Positions 43,961-56,647 of a stretch of DNA of 64,000 nucleotides are shown here, in pieces (within the stretch, counting starts at the first letter, position 1; every line of letters starts with the position of its first letter). The stretch is from Selaginella moellendorffii. Lineage: Eukaryota; Plantae; Lycopodiophyta. The stretch covers positions 2,613,710 to 2,677,709 of the forward strand of contig NW_003314264.1 of the NCBI RefSeq assembly GCF_000143415.4, given 5' to 3'. The position numbers and the translations under genes are program-made. A model generated the notes under the pieces. It saw only the letters and a list, made by a program, of their open reading frames with translations. It was not told the DNA's origin and searched no databases.

Positions 43961-46900
43961 GTAAAATGGGAGGGAAGACCCCAGGATATTCTCTTCACGT
44001 GGGAGGGAATCCCCTCGTTACTGACAAGATGCAAACTAACGCCTCTATCTAGGGCAGGGCTCAACCAGGGCACGTTAACTGGATCGGGCCTCTAGTGGGG
44101 AAGTCTCCAGTTACTTTAATGCCGCACTTTTACACTTGCTCCCTAACTTAATGGTCTTCAGAGTGAACTACATATCGCTTTCTCCATTCTAGCCTCTAGC
44201 TAGGCAGCCAGCCGAGCGAATCACCGTGGGCCACGTGTTGGAATCGCTGTTGGTGAGATCCTTTGCCACGTGCCATCTGGGATCTCTGTGTTGTGGAGTG
44301 GCAAGAGTTTAAAGTGTAGCTATGAGATCATCATGGGAGAAAACCCAGAGGAACTCAGAGAGAACAGAAAGAGAAGGAAAGCTGGATGAGATAAGAAAGG
44401 GAAATGTGTTGTAAGAAATTTAATACTTTTTTTAAGTGGAATGGAAGAGAGCAAGCACAGTCCAATTCTGGTTGGTTGCAAGCTCCATGTTGTTCCTGAA
44501 GCTCTTCCTTTGCAGTCCTGTGTCCAAAGTGGCCAGAGATCTGGAAAACCATTTTTGTTGCCTAGTTGACAGAGAAATGGAACAACAACACCAAACTCCG
44601 GATTATACCTTTGGAATCACCGTAGTGATTGATTCACAGGAGAGGAATCAATCACTGTAGAGACAGGTGAAAGTTCTCACTAGGCAGGGATCCCCCTCAA
44701 TCCAAATCTGAGTCCTTGGCCAGTCAAATATTACATCCCAGCAGTAAATTATGTGGTTCCTGGAATGCATAAAGTGGTATGTATCTATCACCCCAAGCAT
44801 ATAATATAAAAATATACACTTTAAAAGTTTTCTTTCTTCATTGCAGTCACATTACAAGAGGAAAGCTAGAAAGATCTTGTTGTCAATGACGATGTGTTTT
44901 CTGCCTCTTCCCCCTGGCATGATCTTCTGAAAGCCTCAAGAAGAAAATAACGATGGCAATGCATGAAACCTCAAATCTAAAGCCTGGAACCTGAAGTTGA
45001 TTGGATTCAAACACCCAGAACCAAATCCATCCCTTACATTCCTATTCAATACGAGCAATGTGGACCCCCAAGATCCATCTAGGTCACTGCCGGGTCACTG
45101 TAACGAAATAAGGGAAAGCTTTTGCTTTCCAAACCTTGTAAAAAGAGAAAAAAAAAAAACGAAAGAAATTGTCTCGCCTATCCTTCTAGCATATTGTCTG
45201 CAAGTACTCACCAATGCTACTACCACTAACGCTCTCAATCACATTCACATCCCATCCATCCATCCACTTCACAGGAAGACAAGATTGGAGTTTTAACTCG
45301 CCTGGAGAGGGCTTCGTCCCATAGTTGACAAGCCGGCCATCAACATTGGAAGATCATTGTTTGTGCAGGCACCCAAAGGTACCCTTTCAACAAAAAGTGC
45401 CACAGCCCAAGCAAGGCCACATTGCTTGATAGAAACAAGTGAGGCTAACATTATTTAAAGTTTTGCATTGTTGTATTGTTGTGGTTTTATTTGTATTCGC
45501 ATTCTTATTTAGCGTGGGATCATCTCTTGGATACGTGTGCGTGGGGACGAACGTGCAACTCCCCCATTTTCAAAGTGGGCATGGCATTTTGAAATTTGAA
45601 TTGAATCGTTCCAAGGCACGTGATAATCTTGGTGCCCTAATGAATCGTCCACCAACCTGATTATATACTGATTTGTAAACAAACCTTATGGTACGGATTG
45701 ACTGTGATGTACAGCTTTTAGAGCGAATGCAACTTGATGCTGCTGGTCCAGCAAAATGCGCTGAATTCCACGAAATAAGATAGAGATGCGCCCCCGGAAT
45801 CTCTCCTTCCACTGGTTATCTTTTCTTGAGAAGAACGAAGGAGAAGCTTTTCTTTTGCCCCTTTGCAAGACAAACAGTACTTCAAGTTGCTTGCTTGCTC
45901 AGTGGTGGTCCATGGTGGTGGTCCATGTCTAAGAAACTTGTTTCGTAGATCATGAGAAAGCCTTTTGCTTTGATATTGGCTGAACTGAGGGTGTGATAAT
46001 CCTCGAAAAGGGAAAGAGTTTCATAGCAAAACAGGAAAAGAGAGGAAGAGATTCTAGAACACTAACAGAGTGTGGATCCTTGGGGTTTATTCCGTTTGCA
46101 TACCAAACGGTGACGTAAGTCAAGGGGGCCAGACTAGAACGCGCGCCACGCTTTGGCAACCGCATTAAGAATGTGGGCCAACATCATATGCTGTTTGGGG
46201 ATCATTATTGGTATTGGGGCCTTGCTTGAGCGCTCCTCCTTTTGTCAAGATCTCAGGGCCAGAAGCCAAAGAAAGTAGAGCATTCCCTCAACACAAGTTT
46301 GATCTCATAAACTACGCTTTCAAACAGGAATTTGACTGTTTGGTATAGTGGCAATCAAAAGAAGGAAAGATTGGCAAAGATGGGGATCTGTCAGCAGAAA
46401 TGCCTTACAACACCTTACTCGGGACTCCCCCTTGACTCCAATTGTGCTTTGAATGGAAGTATACGTCTTTGTTGTGAGGATCCCTAAATCGAAGGTTGGC
46501 GGAAGTCTTAAAAACCCTTTGCTAAGATAGCCAAGAAAAAACAAACCAACAAACAAACAAACTACCTATACAGTAGCGCGCCAACAAAACACTACCTTGA
46601 AATATACGTACCCTGTATTTGTGCATTCGTGCGGGCGGTCGATTCCAGCGCCCAGCTGTTGTTTGAAGCTGGTGCACCTACATTCTAACGTGTTCACTGT
46701 TAGCGTCATAAAAGTTGTCATTGAGTTCCCATCCCACTGAAAGGAATGTTTGTTCCATCCTTCGAGCCCGCGAGAACAGGCGAGATTCCAAGAGCCTCTC
46801 ATTTATGTAAATGGTGGTTCGTATAGTAGCAAGCGTGAGCGAGTAGCCTAGTTGTAAACTGGAGCTCCCCCAGGGGTCACTGTTTGCTTGACATCAACAG

Positions 46901-48640
46901 CCCCGGGGCGATCGATCCAGGGCTCAAGTCCTCGTCGTGGCAGGGATCCGTCAAAGTACACACATCTCCACTAAAGAGCTGATCACTCTCCCTCGCAGCA
47001 ATCATCGCAATGACTGCTCCCTGCGACCCTTTTCTCTAATTCCATAAATAATATGATTTGCCAATAATTGACCCACTTGTCTAGGAGGTGCTTCACGAAA
47101 CTTTGAGGCGCATCATTCGCTTGTAACTTGTGTGTGTGTGTGTGTGCACAGCGAAGTTTTAGTGGTTTTCTAATCGCAAAAGCAAAGCACACAGGCAAAA
47201 GGAGCCACACGGCCCCAGGTGTTTCGATAAGTTGTTTATTTCTTCTAGCGCTCTGGAAGGCGTGACAATGCCGCTAAAACAAATAGATTCGACGAGCTTT
47301 TTCAATTGGTGGTGGCCATATTCTTTTTGGAAATTAAATGTATAGTATATATAGATCTCAAAGGGGGGCACAACATCCGATCCGGCTGCATTGTCCTCGA
47401 GAGAGATGTATACGTTGTTGTCGTTGGATCCCATTTTGACTATCTTCCCTATTCACTATCACGCATTGGAATCACAAAACAACGATTAGACACACACACA
47501 CACACACATAACATATACATATATGCGCAGAAGAAAGATTAACAAAGGATCACAGCCGGACCGATCTGATGCCTAGCTGCGATTGAATGTTCCTGAGGAA
47601 AAAGATCGATCCAAGCGTCCGATACGAGGCATAATCGTGGCTGGCGGAAGTTTTCCGCGCTTAAACAAACCGGATATGGAATGGAATAATCTCCGTCCGT
47701 ACGCTCGGCTCTCACACAACACGTGATCCTCTTACACAACTCTAGTGCCACAATCATGTTTGGTGGTGTGGACGAGCGTACGGAATGATCCTGTGGCCAA
47801 TTAGGAGGGGTCGCGAGCTTTTCTATCTTTCTTTCCGGTGGGGCCTCTTTCTTTGAGGAAGAATGCACTGGCTTCGAGGGATGGGTTGAATTGAACCGCT
47901 GGAATCAATCAATCAGGCGAGCACAGAGAGAGGGGCACAGCACAAAGGCAAGGGAGGAATTTTTTCCATCGTGCATTGTCCCACCGAGTTTTAAGATAGA
48001 TAGGTGTGATCAAACTTATGTATGCTTATCTTATATAGTTTAGAGCCCCGCCATCCACGCCAAGGTTAAATTTATGATTAGCAAGCTCGATCTCCCGGGC
48101 TGACATGTTTCCACTATGTTTTCTCTTTTCCTTTTCTTTAACAATGGGGGAGGAATATACCCCAGGGTAAACAATGCCAGGGTAAACCCAACCTCGGATC
48201 CTGGAAGACAAGGATCTCGCTCATTAAAAGAAGGCTCTTCAGAGCCTCTGGAGCGCAAAGCAAAGCCTGGCAATCTTAGAAAGGACAAGGAAGCAAGCAA
48301 ACATGATCCATGTTTCTTTTTCTCCCATTTTTTTTTCTTATTATTTTCCGCCTTTCTGAAAAGGAAAAGACAGAAAAAGACAGAGAAAAAGAAAAAGAAA
48401 AGGCGAAACAAAAAAAAGCGATTATGAAGAGAAAAGAAAGAAATTTGCTCGCTAGAGACCATATAGCGACGAACCACACATGCAAACAGCGACCCGAGAA
48501 GGACGCACCCCTTAGCTGGGGCCTGGCCTTACCGCGCATTTACACCAAGCCCTTAGGGCAAAGTACACTGGACCATATTATATCCTCCCTGTGCCAATGC
48601 AGGTGGCCCGCGTACTTTGGGGCACCCGCAATTCAACCAT

Positions 48641-48757
48641 GTGACGGTGACGGCACTCCGTCACCGTCACTGCCGTACGAGGCTCCCGGTGTGTGCTGCC
48701 GTCAGTGGCCCCACCACCCCTCACTGACGGCGCCACCACCTTGAATGGCGCCGTCAG
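48641..48757. promoter_or_regulatory. Cluster of seven TGACGG motifs arranged as inverted repeats upstream of the BELL gene
   Basis: gtgacggtgacgg-cact-ccgtcaccgtcac, gccgtcagtg...cactgacggc and ctgacggcgcca...tggcgccgtcag. Confidence 0.55.
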
Positions 48758-51730
48758 CCTTTCTTCCGTTAACTGGTCCCCGCGCAACGGAGTGGTTTGG
48801 TGTGCGAGAAATTTCCCCATTCTTGGCATTTTGTTAGGGTGCCTCCCCTTTTTCTTTGCTCCTTTTCTCCGTTGGGCCTCTCTCTGCGGTCCCGGGCTAT
48901 CTCTGGCGCTCGCAAACAAGGTACAAGATCGATCCCTGGAGATGTGCATTGATAAGAGGAGCTGTGAGTGTGTGTGGCTTGTTGGATGGAGCCGAGTTAT
49001 AGCGCCTAGCACAGGGCCGTGTGATGTGGGGGACCACAAAGGTCGAGGGAAAGAGAGAGCTCTCTTGTTGAGAGCGATGGCGCTCTCGGCTCGATTGCCG
49101 GGGCCGTCAATATCCCCAAGATCATACGCAGGGAAGGACTATACCACCAGCCAAAGGAGCCCTAATTTTAAGGGGGTTTGCTTGCTTGCCCTAATCATGA
49201 GGAGGACGACGGTACGGACTTGCGACCCTGTAGCCTGCTTTTTGAGTTCGAGGGAGGTCCCACCCGGGGACGCCACTTACGTCAGACCACGCGCGCGCTT
49301 TCCGACCCACTGGACGGTTAGGTAGGCACGTATGGAAGGTACCTCCCTCCTTGTTGGCGCCTAAACATTCCCGCTAAAACCATGGCCACAAAAAAGAAAA
49401 GAAATTTTATAAGTAGAGGCGTGGTATTACTATGGTGGTGTGATATTTATTTTGCAAAGCTCGCGGAGAAGGAAGGGAAGATCTTCCACAACATTTATAT
49501 TTGATATTGTTTGTCTCTCCACCATCGAGCCGTCGGATGGCGCGGGGATCGAACGGCTGGCGGATGGGAGGCAAGCACGGCCGTCGGATGCGAGATGCTA
49601 CGTGCACCTGCCTCGGCCGTTGAGGTGGGGCTCATCGACGGCCTCTTTTCCCCTTGCGGTTGGCCGTCGGATGGGGCACGGACGGCCGCGATGCCTTGTC
49701 TTGGTTCCACGCCGAGAACTTCACAATATCAGTCTGTATCAGGGCGCGGGCTCCAAGAGCTAAAGAAGAGCTCGACTTGTTTGTAGTATATGCTGCGTTT
49801 AATCTTAGGTATAGCTCTAGGTTTTTGGCCGATGTTTCCCGAAGAAGCTGAGACGAGACAACGTACCGCATTTGTCCTTGCCGGTTCTTCTTGATCTCCG
49901 CTTCTTCTTTCCTCTCTCTCCTCCGATCTTTGTCAGAAATCGCTCCCCGCGCAAGAATTTCCGCCAGAGAAGGAAGGATCCCGCCAGGGAACGACGATGA
50001 TCATTGCAAGATCATTGCAATGCGATGGCGCATCGATGCGGCCAGGGTTTTGTGGCCGATCGATCAATATTTCGGCGGATTCGTGAGATTATCGCGGGCG
50101 GGAGGGGAGAGCCGAGCTGGGATCGATCGATCGAGAGCCGGGAGGGTGCGTCGTCGCTGTCGGTGGTTCAGTAGGTAGTTTGAGCGGATGCCGGGGCAGC
50201 GGATGGCCTGTCAGCATCGATCTCTAATGTGACAGTCCGGGGAGGAGCGCGCAAAACATTCGCGGCCTGTTCGGGCGAATTCTGGAGCACGGCACGGATT
50301 GTCTGCATCGCCAGGAATGTGCCGCCGGGCGAGAATCAAGCGCTGCTCTGGGCGGCGGGGCTCCTCTCGAATCGACGTTTAGCTGAATTCCTCTCGGTGG
50401 CCGCGACGTGGAAAGAATGTGCTTTTGAAGCAGCGATGGCGAATGAGAAGATGTGATTGGCATCGATTGATCGCCGACACAAGGTAACAAAATATTTCCT
50501 CCCACCTTACATCCTTCTCGCCTGGAAATATTTCTTGATGGTTCCTCTTCCCTGTCTCGTTCGTGCTTGCCTGGAAGAGTATTTACTCGGTGTTCTTCCC
50601 GGTGTTGTCAAAAGTGTGCGTGTTTGCTACGGATGAGTGATTTGGAATATTTGTGCGTGAGGTTTTTTCCTCGTTTTCTTCTTTGTTCTTCTCTTTCTCA
50701 GGATCCAAAAACGCAGCTAGCTAGCTGCACAGAATTTGTGACAGAACGTTCGGTGGCATCGATGAGATCTCCTTGGCCTGGGAACAAGATATGATAAGGG
50801 AGAAAATGAACTGAATCTCCAGAAGAAGCCTCTGTTAGATGGTGGGCAGAAGAGGAGGAAGAGCGCAAGTTGCCACTGGTGTCCTGATCAAAAAGTTATC
50901 ATAGTCCTTGCACGGCAGATTGCTGCAGCAGCGGCGCCAGCGAGCCAGCGTTCGTGAAACTGGCACATCTCCATTTTAATGGCGCCTGGTTTTTTAGACA
51001 CTCTATGGGCAGTTATCATCATCCACCTCTCGACTACTACCACTACTACTGCAAATCATCCAGGAAGGTTCATCTTACTCTCCAGGCGATGATCCTCGCA
51101 AAAGTTCTCCGCTGGGCTTTTCCACTTTCTCGTTTCTGGTCTCCGAGGATGGGAGTGGGAAAGCATTGGAATCGTGGCTTGCAGAGCGGGGAAAAGCTGG
51201 AAAAGGCCGGGGTTGAGCTGCAGCAGGAGGTTTGGGGAGGAAAGTTTTGAGCAGGCACAGATAGATATGTGGACCAGCGGCTCGTCACTTGGAAATATCA
51301 GAAGTTGCTGCCGTTGCCGCCTCCATCCAGGAAGCCGGATACGGGATTTTAGTGTGGTGATTGTGTGCAAGGCGAGCGCAGCAGGCCATTATGTATTCCC
51401 TCTTGTTTTTTGCGGTCTTTTCTGTTTTTTTTTTTTCCTTCCAGTGTGGTGCTGGCTCAGACTCGTATGTGTGTTTGTGTGCTGTGTTGAATGCTCTCGC
51501 CACTTGAGGGGACGCTACTAACGGACTTCGGCTTGGCTTCCATTTTTTCCAGGTGCCCGAGGAGATAGCGCTATCAACCATCCGCGGACGGAATTTTTTC
51601 AGGGTTGTGAACTCGTTGCTGGGCTTCTTCTCGAGGCTAGGTGGTGTCGGGACGGCCTTCTCAGCCGCAGGATCATGGAGCTGAGGTGCTGTGCCAGGTA
51701 AATGCATGAAGAGCTTGTTTCTGCTCGAAA

Positions 51731-54700
51731 ATGAACCATTTCCAGCAGCAACAGACACACGTTGCGCAGCAAAGCCGGCGTGAGAAGTTGAGGATACCAG
51801 GCTCGCTGCATCCTTCCTCGCCTCAGAGTGGTAACCACAGTGATCACTCGGCCGGGTCGGCCTCTGCAGTTTTGGAAGCTCGCCAGGGACAGGATCACAA
51901 TTTCAATGGCTCCACGGCAGTGCGAGGCGGTGGCGGCGGGGGAGGAGGAGCAGGAGGATACCCGGAGCTGCCTTTCCAGAATGTTATGTCGGCAGCGGAT
52001 GCTTACAACTTTGGAGCGGGATCCGAGCTCTTGGCTTACACAGCAGCCAAGGCAAACGGCTTCATGGGGTCGGCTGGGTCAGATATGCTCCCCCCGCAAA
52101 CACCTCTGGCAGCTGCTGCTAGTTTTTCCAATCCCGCTGCTGGCGTCATTTCGAAGAACTCCTGGACTGGTACGAGTGGTGGGATAAATGGTCAGCTTGG
52201 TGGTCACTACAATGGAAGCAGCAACCCGTTGAGCATCACTGGAACAGGCTCCCCTCACCCCCCATCCTCCAGCGCAGTCGCAGCGACAATGTTAGGTGGT
52301 TTACAAGGTGGTCCTCAGCAACTCGGGGGGAGGGAGGGGCCGATGACGAGTTACCTCTCCGGGCAGAACAGTGCGCAGGCCGAGGCAATGCAGCTGTTTC
52401 TCACGGGTTATTCGGGCTACTCGGATCCTTCAACGCCCGGGGGCATGGTGTTGATCAGTCCCTCGAGCGGGAGCTCGGTTCAGAGCAGTCAGCTGACTGG
52501 CAGCGCACCTGGGCAGTCTCACTTTATAGGAATTCCACTCACGCAGCCCAGTTTATCGCAGCAGGATGCCTCTGGTGGCAATGGTCTTCCCTCCAGTGCG
52601 TTTGCTTCGAGAGGTGGAGCCAACAGTACATACAACTGGAGAAACGGAGGGGACGAGTTTCTTTTTCTGCCATCCAGCGAGGCCACCCAGCAGCGAAAGT
52701 CGATAAGCGGCGAGCCGAGCGGCTTAAACCAGATAACCGAACTTTCCGACTACGCTCTACGACAGCCTTCTCTTTCATCCATGCTGGGACAGCAGCATCA
52801 ACAGTCCTTGCTGCAAGCTGGCCATCGCCTGGAGATGGATAATTCTCATCAAGGAGCGGCCGCTGGACCGGGATATCACCAGAGCCTCTCGCTTTCCCTG
52901 TCAAATCAGAACGCTCAGCTTCATGCGCGTGAACCGGGGATGAACTCACCAGGTGGTTCTCAAGATGCGAAACGAGGCGTGGGCAAGCTTTCGGGGGACC
53001 TGAGCCACTTTAGAACTTCGCCCAGGGATGGTGGTGCAAGTTACGTCAACTTGCCGAGCAGCGCGGGCACCAAGCATTCTTACTTTGACGTAGCAGGTCC
53101 AGGACCATCTGCAGTGTCCAACTCGTTCAGCTTCGTGTCCGGCAGTCGGTACTTGAGAGCCGCGCAGCAGCTGCTGGACGAGGTATGCAGCGTGGGGAGG
53201 GGCCTCAAGCAAAGCTCCAAAAGTAAAGGATCGCAGCAAGGCTTGGGTGGTCAAAGCAGTCCAGCTGCAGTCACAAGTTCCTTGCACAAAGAGGCTGCTC
53301 TAACGGAAAATTCAGTGAAAAGCGAAATTACCATAGGATCATCTGCCGTCGCCAGTCCCGGTACAGGACCAGCTACCGTCTCGACAGTCGCACCCTCTAC
53401 TAACACCGCGGAGAGCAAGGAAAATGTATCCGTGCTCACGCCCGATGAAAGGCAGGAGTACGAAGGCAAGAAGACCAAACTTTTGGCTATGCTTCAGGAG
53501 GTACTGTCTCTCTTTTTCTTGCTCTTGACTTCCAACTATCTACTTACTGTAGCTTCGATGAAAAATTTGCAGGTTGATAGGCGTTATCGGCAATACTATG
53601 ACCAAATGCAGGTGGTCATCACTTCCTTCGATGCTGTTGCTGGCGCGGGCGCCGCGACTCCATACACAGCACTCGCGCTGCAAGCAATGTCTCGCTACTT
53701 CAGGTGCCTCCGGGACGCTATAACAGGCCAGATCCAAACGACGTGCAAGGCTCTGGGTGAGGAAGACGTGACGAAGAGCATTACGAGCAGGCCTCTCACG
53801 TCCCGGCTGCGGTTTATTGATCAACAAATCCGCCAGCAGCGAGCGTACCAGCAATACGGAATGCTGCAGCAGCATGCATGGCGCCCTCAACGGGGATTGC
53901 CGGAGAGATCGGTATCCATTCTACGAGCGTGGCTATTCGAACACTTTCTGCATCCGTAAGTCCTTGAGCTTTTTCGCGTATAGCCACACGCATGGGATGT
54001 CTTTGACGTGCTTGACACGTTCTCTCTTTTGCTTCACAGGTATCCCAAAGACGCAGATAAAATGATGCTCGCTAGGCAGACAGGTCTAACGAGAGGCCAG
54101 GTGCGTGCTTTAAAAAAAAGCTTTTGTCCTCGGAAGCTTCTTGTTGTGGCTTAACTTGCTGTGGAATCTCTGCAGGTCTCCAACTGGTTTATTAATGCCC
54201 GAGTCCGGCTCTGGAAGCCTATGGTCGAGGAAATGTATCAGGAGGAGATTAAAGAGCAGGAGCTCGGGGTGGCGTCCGCCAGACTCTTGGCAGATCCAGA
54301 CGAGCGGCACAACCATGATGGAGTTGGAGGGGACTCGCTGACGAGCGACCGGAGCGACAGGGGCGATATGGGGGCCGGGCTGATGCAGCTGGACGGGAGC
54401 TCCGAGCAGCAGAGCTACGCGTCCGAGTATGGAATGCTGGCGTCCATAAGGAAGGCGGACTCGGTACAGATGTTTGGGGCCGCCGACTCAGGGGCGCAAC
54501 AGGTGAAGAAGACGAGGCTGGGGATCCAGGACTCGGTGGGAATGCTGGCGGATCACCACCACCACCACCACCACCACCACCATGGTCACCACCACCACCA
54601 CGCTGGAGGAGGTCTGGACGTGGAGATGAAAAGCCACGACGGTGGCGAGGGAATCATGTGTGGCGTGCCGCCGCCAGGCTCCCTGGAGAGGCACTTTGTG

Positions 54701-55213
54701 GACTATGCCGCCGCGCAAAACGGGCCGCTCCACTCGGATCACGGCTTCGACGACCAGAGCAGGGGGTTTGGGAGGACGTCCTACGGTGGCGGATTTTCGT
54801 CGCAACAGCAGCAGCAGCAGCAGCAGCAGTACCCGGGGAGCAGTGGAGTGTCGCTCACGCTGGGGCTGAGGAACCACGAGAGCCAGCTGCAGCAGCTAGC
54901 GGCGGCGGCGCAGCAGTCGTTCCTCGGCCACCAAAACTTCCTGGCGGTGAGTCGCGGCCACACTCAGCACCACCAGCAGATTGGAGGAGACCATGGAAGC
55001 GAGCTGTGCAACATCTACGAGAACGCCGCCGCGGCCGGGTTGAATGCCGGGCACCAGCACGCACACATTGGAGGAGAGCAAGGAGGAGGAGGAGGAGGAG
55101 GAGGAGGAGGAGGTGGTGGTGGTGGTGGTGGTGGCGGCGGCGGCATTGATTATAGCCAAGGCCGCAAGCAGCAGCATATGGAGGGCCATCTTTTGCATGA
55201 CTTTGTAGCGTAA
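51731..55213 (+). CDS. BLH: BEL1-like TALE homeodomain protein, 4 coding exons (introns 53501-53572, 53956-54039, 54101-54175)
   Basis: SKY ([15 protein letters not shown]), BELL ([19 protein letters not shown]), homeodomain [56 protein letters not shown] and terminal LLHDFVA. Confidence 0.96.
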
Positions 55214-55489
55214 AAGAGGCAGCACAGCCACGGCACAGCAGTTTAAAACTCCCTGCGGCAACGTAGTCCAGGGGTGTAATTCTATAAAAGAGCAGAAGAA
55301 GAAATGAATAGATTTCCAACTTTAGACTACGAGTGTCTTGAAAAAGCGTATAATTTAGAATATACCTAAACGCATAGAATATTCTAAAAATATAATCCAA
55401 AAGCATATTCCATAGCATATCTTAAACCCTAAAAAGACATTCTGCGAATCAGCATATCCGGCGTATTTATGGAATTTACACACGGGGTT

Positions 55490-56356
55490 TTATCTGCACG
55501 ACTGGAATGTTATCCCCCCGCAGAAGAATGTTACAACAACGAAGATGAGCACGAGGATGACAAGCGCGAGGCACGCCCTGCGAGACCGGCCAAAAAGCAG
55601 ATATTAAATGCATTAGCAACACGTCGATGGAACACGTAGAGATCAGGAAGCGAGGCTTACGAGAGCTTGAGCGTTTGCATCCATTGTGCGTGTCGCGCCT
55701 TGCGCGCTTGCTTCTTGAACCGGAAAGCGTTGTCTTCGATGTGCGCTGTTTTGTCCACCAGCAGCTCCAGCCGGTCGCCTCGCTCCAGGATCTTATCGAT
55801 GTTTTGGACCATGATGCTGCGAACCTGATCATCACGGACGCACCGCATCGTTACTCAAGAATGGTTTTTGCAAGGGACTCACGTCTGTGATCTCGCCCTT
55901 CACCCGGTTGATCGCGTCGGCGTTGGGATCGTTCGAGAAGAAATCCATCTGCTGGTGCAAAACCCGCGAGAACTCGTCGTTCATGGCGTACGACAGCGCG
56001 GTCTGCCCGGCTCTTCCGTAAGTTCTCGTGAACCTGGTGTGGATGTCCTCCAGGAACGCATACGGGATCCTTCCTACAAACGCAATGTGAGAAAAAGGAT
56101 AGAACAAGCTTGGAAGAGAAGATATGATCATGGACTTACTTCCAAAAGTCTCGGATGCCATACAGAGGAAGACGAGCCCGTCCAAGCGCATTACATGGAA
56201 GATGTGCCTGTCCTGCGAGTAGGACATTCGGCTGTCGCCACCGGGAGGGAAATTCTCCAGGATCCGGCGCGCGATCGTGTGCGCATTGCCAGGAACCGAT
56301 GCGTATTCCGCCAACACAATCTGCCCCCTCGCCACGAGCGCGTACAAAATCGCCAT
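55490..56356 (-). CDS. VAMP71: R-SNARE VAMP71 family (VAMP714-like) longin protein
   Basis: MAILYALVARG, YAMNDEFSRVL, NIDKILERGDRLELLVDKT, and a C-terminal TM segment followed by CGGITFQSCR*. Confidence 0.92.
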
Positions 56357-56647
56357 TGGGGGAATGGATGGATCACTCTTGAAATCCTCAACTATCCAGC
56401 TCCACCCCGCCCTTCCAGATCGATCCCAGAACCACGACGCACCTGTTGGATCGACTCGCGGAAAGCCCTAGCGCTACTGTTTCCCTCCCTATCGCTTCAA
56501 CCCATATTGCTTGATATTCTACTTTACTAGGCGGATCTGACCCGTTGGAATCTCGACGGGCCAGATGGGCGCATCGCAGCCGTCGGCTCGACAACGGCCC
56601 AGATCTCACTATGGAAGATGGTTTATTTCTCTAGAAGGAAAGAACGA

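Noticed and set aside
48040-49325. ORFs of 100-210 aa upstream of the BELL gene
   Set aside because: Low-complexity or GC-rich chance ORFs without domains or exon structure.
54555-55145. CAC, CAG and GGA/GGT triplet runs as a special element
   Set aside because: They are ordinary in-frame poly-His/Gln/Gly tracts of a transcription factor, like the poly-Q of MED15 and MSL.
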